In this document: in pieces, positions 58,554 through 64,000 of the stretch
How positions within the stretch are numbered: position 1 is the first letter of the stretch
Layout: each line of letters starts with the position of its first letter
DNA from: Candidatus Borrarchaeum weybense
GTDB lineage: Archaea > Asgardarchaeota > Sifarchaeia > Borrarchaeales > Borrarchaeaceae
DNA: 64,000 nt
Assembly: GCA_019057385.1 (NCBI GenBank)
Contig: JAHQJS010000007.1
Coordinates: forward strand, 587,685 to 651,684
Direction: 5' to 3'
Position numbers and translations under genes: made by a program
The notes under the pieces: model-generated
Told to the model about the DNA's origin: nothing
The model's database searches: none
Seen by the model: only the letters and a program-made list of their open reading frames with translations

Positions 58554-59492
58554 ATGCAAAAATTGAAACTCCGAGAAGCAGACAAACTGGAAGTCACGAT
58601 TTTAGAGGATAATTATACAGATCTTCTCTTGCTTCAGAGCACAGATGTACTCAAACGACCTCGAATTCCACCTCCGAATTCACTTCTAGCCGCACATGGT
58701 TTGTCATGTCTCATCAAAGTCTATGCGGATTCGGAGATACATACCGTTTTAATGGACGCAGGCATATCAGAAACTAGTCTCCTCCACAATATGGCCATTT
58801 TAGGTATAGATCCAACAAAAATTGAGGCCATAGTTTTAAGTCATGGTCATTTTGACCATTTTGGAGGTCTGGTGGGAGTTCTAAAGAGGACTAAGCAGGA
58901 AATACCGCTTGTTCTTCATCCAGAGGCTTTCCTCCAGCGCCGTCTTAATATCCCCCGTAGAGAAAAACCGGTGAACATGCCAACATTAAGCGAACAAACT
59001 TTGAAGGAGGCTGGAGCATCACTTAACAAATCGAAGAAACCTTCCACAGTAGCATCAGATCTTATCTTAATATCGGGAGAAGTGGAACGAGTGACGGATT
59101 TTGAGAAAGGTTTTCCTTGGGCTGAAGCGAAAATTGAAGATAGCTGGATTGTAGACCCTTTCAATGATGATCAAGGGATAGCAGTTAACATCAAGGATCG
59201 TGGACTGGTAGTTATCGGTGGGTGCTCTCACGCTGGAATCATAAATACAGTCAAGTATCTCAAGAAAATTTCTCAGACGGATAGTATTCATGCAGTTTTA
59301 GGCGGATTTCATCTTACAGGACCGGCGTTTGAGTCAGTCATTGCGCCAACGATTAAGGAAATGAAGAGTATAGGTCCTGATTTTGTAGTTCCTATGCATT
59401 GCACCGGATGGAAAGCTATCAACCAGTTCGCCAAGGAGATGCCTGGCGAATTCTTTCTTAATACTGTGGGAACAACTTATGTGTTTCAATAA
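58554..59492 (+). CDS. metallo-beta-lactamase fold hydrolase (COG1237-type)
   Basis: AHGLS, DAG, LSHGHFDH, GCSHAG, GGFHL, PMHCTG. Confidence 0.9.
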   Translation: MQKLKLREADKLEVTILEDNYTDLLLLQSTDVLKRPRIPPPNSLLAAHGLSCLIKVYADSEIHTVLMDAGISETSLLHNMAILGIDPTKIEAIVLSHGHFDHFGGLVGVLKRTKQEIPLVLHPEAFLQRRLNIPRREKPVNMPTLSEQTLKEAGASLNKSKKPSTVASDLILISGEVERVTDFEKGFPWAEAKIEDSWIVDPFNDDQGIAVNIKDRGLVVIGGCSHAGIINTVKYLKKISQTDSIHAVLGGFHLTGPAFESVIAPTIKEMKSIGPDFVVPMHCTGWKAINQFAKEMPGEFFLNTVGTTYVFQ

Positions 59493-59661
59493 TTAAGGAG
59501 CTCTGTAACTTTCAACCATGAGATATAAGCTTTTTTATAGATTTGTTGGCGAGAAGACCACCCAACAAGTTGGGGGGGATTTTAGCTTTGAAACAGCCTT
59601 ATCTCTTCATTTCTAGAAAAGCTATAATGAATTGAAGGCAGCGGATAACAATCACACTTTC

Positions 59662-60540
59662 TTAAGTTCTAATACTTAACAGCCAGAAATAACCATTCCC
59701 AGCTTTTTTTCTCACCACGCTACCCTCAGACTCAAGAATTTTCAACATCTCTTCGGCTTGTTGGCTCGTTAAATCGAAGGCTTCAGCTACTTCTTTGGTA
59801 GCCACTTTGTTATATTTATGAACGAAAACTAAAATGTTTTCACTGGTCGCTTCAGGCATCTTCTTGACTAACTCGTCTCCTGCCAGATCGTTAAAAATTC
59901 TTTCAAAAAATTCAAAGCTCCTATATCCGCTCAGAAGCACTCGTTTTCCCTGTCTGTTCGTAATGATAAAAGTTGGGTACGCTTTGCTACCTGAGGCTCT
60001 AAACTCCTCAAGATCTTCGTAAAAGGCCTGTTCAGCTGAGCTGTTTTCAAGAGCATTGATGAACTTCTCTGAATCTAAGCCTACTTTTTTTGCCAACTCA
60101 ACCTGTACCTCTCTCTTATGTATAAATCTACGTTCAGCTGATGCTGCTTCCCTCATTCTCCTTAGAAATCTATCGGCTAATTCTGGGTCCTGCATTTGCG
60201 CAGCCTTATAAGCTATGTTGGCGGGGTATGTGGAGTGGAATTCTCCTTGCAGATCTTGCCAAACTTGAACATCCACAGGCATGCCATGTCTCTCAGAAGC
60301 ATCTAACCAGTGTTGTGGAACCTGTTCTAACCACTGTGTTGTAATTTCTTCATCGAGGTCTTCAACGAGCCCACCTGCTTTGAAAAGTATCTTAACTTGG
60401 TCTCCGTAGACTTCTTTGATCTTCCTAAGGATAGGCTCAGTTCCCCAACACCACGTGCAGTAGGGATCCTGAAACTCTAGCAACTCAATAATATGGCGTG
60501 ACACGTGAATACCTTCGTTAGCATCTATAACGCAAGTCAA
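59662..60540 (-). CDS. DsbA/FrnE-like thioredoxin-fold protein with C-terminal wHTH
   Basis: DPYCTWCWG, TYPANIAYKAA, YPTF; tail VATKEVAEAF...AGNGYFW. Confidence 0.8.
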   Translation of the reverse strand: MTCVIDANEGIHVSRHIIELLEFQDPYCTWCWGTEPILRKIKEVYGDQVKILFKAGGLVEDLDEEITTQWLEQVPQHWLDASERHGMPVDVQVWQDLQGEFHSTYPANIAYKAAQMQDPELADRFLRRMREAASAERRFIHKREVQVELAKKVGLDSEKFINALENSSAEQAFYEDLEEFRASGSKAYPTFIITNRQGKRVLLSGYRSFEFFERIFNDLAGDELVKKMPEATSENILVFVHKYNKVATKEVAEAFDLTSQQAEEMLKILESEGSVVRKKAGNGYFWLLSIRT

Positions 60541-60757
60541 GGGTTCATAGTTTGAGCGATTATATTTCTATTGATAGAGGTGTGTTCTGGATGGGTGACT
60601 ACTCACAATTTTTTGGATGGAGCTTCTTACTTTGCCTAATTCAAATTGAGTTATTGCCTGTATACATATGGCCGCTGCTCGCATCAATCGTTAAAATATA
60701 TTCCAGAAAATTAAATAAAACTTTGATAAGTTTAGAGACTCCTTTACAGTTAGGAGG

Positions 60758-62227
60758 ATTAACAGTTCCCGTTAATGTAGTTTAACTTCACATAACTTCA
60801 TACTTCTGAAGCTTTCAGACTGCGGGTACACTTTTATAGTTATATGTTGGTGTCTGCCTGCTTATAAAGATGGTGTGACATACTGCTTAGTGTAAGTGAC
60901 CTATTATGGCTGCTATAACACTTTCTGGGGTTATCATCTCACTCGCAGACACACAGGCTCTGAAAGACCTTATGAGACGATTCAATACCGCTCGAAGGCG
61001 TGCCTTCTCTCTGAAACGCCAAGGTGTGCAGACCTGTACTATCGAAACCATCCTTCAGCAAGAAATCGGGCTTAATTCTCGCTATATTAAAGATGCGCAT
61101 TACTCCATAAAGAATTTGCCTTACAACACCACCTTTGGCGGGTTGAAGAACCAGCGGCTGCGTGAGAAAGGCACTATTACCAAGGAAGAATACAAGAAGC
61201 GCCGAAATGCGCTCCTGCTTTCTCACGGAGACCGTACCAAGCAGGGCAATCTCAATCTCAGACTCTATCTTGGCACAATGCAATTGCGCATCAATACCTG
61301 TCGCAACGATAAGGATAACAAGTGGATTTTTGCTAAGATATTCATCCCGCAAAAATATCTCGACAAATACGGTAGATATCTGGACGGGTCGCAGCCTTAC
61401 ACCGTACAAATTAAGCGGCGGAACTTTGATCAGGGTTATGACCTACGTATATCCATTAAACTACCTAGTGTGATACGGAAGGCCTCGCGAGCGATGACAC
61501 TAGACATAAATGCCGGGCACACCGATTTCGCAGTGATGAACAAGGACGATGGCAGGGTTATGTCGATAGGGAGGTTTAATCACTACGAAACACAGCACAC
61601 CAAGCAAGGAAAGCGTGAACATTTGTTGAATAAACTGGTGGAAAAGATCGGCAACCTTGCGAGACACTACGACGCCGAGGTGGTGGTCGGGCAACTCAAT
61701 ACGGGCAAGTTTTGGAGTTACAGCAAGAAAGCGACGAGAAAAATTCGCCAAATGCCGCAGTACAAGTTTCGACAGCTGTTGAAGCGGTTGGAATTGCAGG
61801 GTATAAAGGTGAATGAGAGGTCGGAGGCCTATACCAGCAAGTTAGGGGATGTGATCTCTCAAATAGTAGGTTATGACATCCACAAATGCGCGGCGATGAT
61901 GTTCGCCCTTAAGGTCATCAACTATGACTTATTCAAGCAGTTGAAGACATTTTTCTTCGGAGTTCCGTTATATGAGGCCTATGGAAGGCGGAGACGTGGA
62001 CGAAGGAGAAAAAGCGGGCTAACTGCCCCCATCCAGTACCGAATGTTTCTCAAAAGTATGAAATTCTGGATGGCGATGAAGTCCTCAATAATAGAGGATG
62101 GAGGCTACCTCCCGATTCCTGGTAGGGAGGGGTTGTCCTTGCTGGACAAATTAAAAGCGCCCTTCCCCTGTCTGACTATCAACATATGGTAACGTATATG
62201 AAGATATGGCAAGGTATCGTGACCAGG
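60758..62227 (+). mobile_element. non-autonomous IS607-like element carrying only tnpB, inserted at the GG of a GGAGG|TGA ribosome binding site
   Basis: Left flank TAGGAGG (to 60757), right end GACCAGG (62227) followed by TGAACTTATTTTG; left-end short repeats AACTTCACAT/AACTTCATAC; visibly higher GC than flanks. Confidence 0.65.
60906..62192 (+). CDS. tnpB: TnpB-related RNA-guided nuclease with rearranged RuvC-II
   Basis: LNSRY, GDRTKQGNLNLR, TLDINAG (RuvC-I), VVVGQL (no Glu), SEAYTSK, YDIHKCAA; no zinc finger. Confidence 0.8.
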   Translation: MAAITLSGVIISLADTQALKDLMRRFNTARRRAFSLKRQGVQTCTIETILQQEIGLNSRYIKDAHYSIKNLPYNTTFGGLKNQRLREKGTITKEEYKKRRNALLLSHGDRTKQGNLNLRLYLGTMQLRINTCRNDKDNKWIFAKIFIPQKYLDKYGRYLDGSQPYTVQIKRRNFDQGYDLRISIKLPSVIRKASRAMTLDINAGHTDFAVMNKDDGRVMSIGRFNHYETQHTKQGKREHLLNKLVEKIGNLARHYDAEVVVGQLNTGKFWSYSKKATRKIRQMPQYKFRQLLKRLELQGIKVNERSEAYTSKLGDVISQIVGYDIHKCAAMMFALKVINYDLFKQLKTFFFGVPLYEAYGRRRRGRRRKSGLTAPIQYRMFLKSMKFWMAMKSSIIEDGGYLPIPGREGLSLLDKLKAPFPCLTINIW

Positions 62228-62237
62228 TGAACTTATT

Positions 62238-62327
62238 TTGCAGAGTACTGTCAAAAAATGGCTAGAATTTTAAGGATACGGATTTATACAACCAGACACA
62301 GGCGGAGAAGACGTTTTTATACACAAT
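62238..62327 (+). pseudogene. cold-shock protein paralogue remnant
   Basis: TTG QSTVKKWLEF*GYGFIQPDTGGEDVFIHN then diverges; parallels 62772. Confidence 0.85.
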
Positions 62328-62771
62328 TGTCTTTCGTCTATTAAAAAGATTTGGAACTTGCGATATTGTAACAATTAATGAATCTCAACCAGAATGTGAT
62401 CGTCAATTGGAAAGCTATAAGCCCCTACAACGTTTGCATAGGCTATCAGTTCAGCTTCTCATACATGAGGGAGATTTGTTTCAGATCAAACAAATAATTT
62501 TCTTCTTTTCAATTCTAAATATTTTGAAAGAAAAGAAAAGGAGAAAAGACGCACCACTTTTATTCCTTTGACTTTGTCCTACTTTCCTTTGGATCCCCAT
62601 CTTTCTGAGTTTCGCGTTAGGATTCTAGTTTCAAATAAGAACTAAAATTTCTCGTTACAACCAAAGGATTTAAAAGAGCTGCCTCGCATATGAACGAAAA
62701 AGAGTTTTTTTATTGACATTTTAGTTGACTTTTTTTGTTGATTTAGTTCGTTAAGTGGAGGTGAATTTGTT

Positions 62772-62969
62772 TTGCAGGGTACTGTCAAAAAATGGCTAGA
62801 TTTCAAAGGATTCGGATTTATAAAACCAGATACAGGTGGAGATGACATTTTTATCCACAATTCAGAAATAAAAGGTGCACATGATCTGAAAGAAGGACAA
62901 AAAGTCGAATTCGACGTAGAAGACTCATATAAGGGTCCGAAAGCCACCAATCTCAGAATAATTGAGTGA
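62772..62969 (+). CDS. cspA: cold-shock domain protein
   Basis: GTVKKW, KGFGFI (RNP1), DIFIH (RNP2), KGPKATN; GGAGGTGA RBS. Confidence 0.93.
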   Translation: MQGTVKKWLDFKGFGFIKPDTGGDDIFIHNSEIKGAHDLKEGQKVEFDVEDSYKGPKATNLRIIE

Positions 62970-63537
62970 AGCTGGCTTTAAAAACATTGTAAAGCCTTCC
63001 GCAATGTGAATATGTCGAAGATTAATAGAATGGAAGGAAGGATATTCTGACGTTCATTTTTCTGAAAATTAATTCACATCGTACTAACCGCATTAATTGG
63101 TAGCTCTATTGAAGAGGTGCACACTGAGAAAGAGTATTTCTGTGCCAGTCGGTCCAGAAGGTTCCTTTTTCAGTTTCACCGGTTTCATAGAATACTTTAG
63201 TGCGGCCATTGTATTTTCTTTTTCTAATTCTTTTTTCCCTCAACTCAATTATACGAAATAAAGTGGATTTTAAATAGGATAAATTAGAACATATGTTCAA
63301 AGAAATTTGAAGCTCATTTGAGTATAGTGCATTTATCATTTACAGAGACGTAATAGTTTTACACGAGCTCTATTCCATGTATTTCCATTGAGCAATTGCG
63401 TAGTATAGGTTTGAATTCTAATGCTATAAGTTTAAATTGATTGTATGACACTATCAGATAACTTTGACTAAGGTAATAACTAAATGTTTTTAAAGACATG
63501 ATCAGCATTCCAGTTAGGCATTCCAATTTGGAGGTTA

Positions 63538-64000
63538 ATGAACATGGGAATGGAGCCAGGTATGGGATATGATAGTGCGATAACTATCTTCTCTCCAGAT
63601 GGGAGATTGTTTCAAGTTGAATATGCGATCGAGGCAATAAGACGTGGAACTACTGCCATTGGAATGAAAGTCAAAGGAGTGGGTGCGGTCTTAACGGTTG
63701 AAAAGCGAGTTCTCAGCAGACTTGTGGTCCCAGAGAGCGTCGAAAAAATATTCAAAATTGATGAGCATATTGGTGTCGCGATTGCGGGGCTGACTGCAGA
63801 TGCGCGTGTCCTAATCAACCAAGCGAGGATCAATGCACAAATGCACAGGCTAACGTATGATGAACCAATTAACGTAGAAGTCTTAACACGGGAAATTGGA
63901 GATTTAATGCAGGTATATACCCAATATGCAGGTGTAAGACCTTTTGGTGTTAAACTATTGATTATGGGAGTAGATGATAATGGAACTCAATTATTTTCGA
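63538..64000 (+). CDS. psmA: proteasome alpha subunit (3' partial; start 63538 or 63544)
   Basis: [58 protein letters not shown]. Confidence 0.96.
   Translation, partial: MNMGMEPGMGYDSAITIFSPDGRLFQVEYAIEAIRRGTTAIGMKVKGVGAVLTVEKRVLSRLVVPESVEKIFKIDEHIGVAIAGLTADARVLINQARINAQMHRLTYDEPINVEVLTREIGDLMQVYTQYAGVRPFGVKLLIMGVDDNGTQLFS

Noticed and set aside
1-64000. CRISPR array or cas genes
   Set aside because: No regularly spaced repeats with unique spacers; the CARF-like and TnpB genes have no cas neighbours
1-64000. tRNA or rRNA genes
   Set aside because: No GC-rich cloverleaf or rRNA-like segment noticed by eye; a tRNAscan-SE/Infernal run would be needed to exclude them

Overview
AT-rich archaeal chromosome segment (proteasome alpha subunit, GGAGGTGA-type ribosome binding sites, TATA-led leaderless genes; TACK/Asgard-like gene content is an inference). 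Layout: 0-12 kb sugar kinase, carbamate kinase, COG2403/arginine-synthetase-like gene, a tyrosine recombinase, a LysE exporter and carAB; 12-18.6 kb a dense patch of small toxin-antitoxin genes and orphan antitoxins; 18.9-46 kb a defence-island-like region (R-M, ASCH/EVE readers, McrBC-like pair, NurA-HerA-Mrr trio, ATPase-nuclease, UDG-like, HEPN proteins, a CARF-like regulator facing a peptide/glycosyltransferase/radical-SAM/methyltransferase operon, RNase III); 46-64 kb IS remnants, pdxST and nadXAC each facing an unusual fusion regulator, an IS607-like TnpB element, a cold-shock gene and partial psmA. Best observations: (1) a 29-nt canonical bulge-helix-bulge intron splitting the conserved GAAGRD/FHNFN motif of a metabolic protein-coding gene; (2) a threonine-synthase homologue lacking its PLP lysine, fused to a PadR-type wHTH and divergent from pdxST (candidate vitamin B6 sensor-regulator); (3) the peptide-GT-rSAM-WG/OMT operon inside the defence island; (4) a repeated TTTCACTTTCA-type promoter element ahead of the recombinase and two TA loci; (5) a TnpB element inserted in the RBS of a csp paralogue, whose predicted guide nearly matches the intact csp next door. 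All family assignments are from motif recognition by eye, not database searches.
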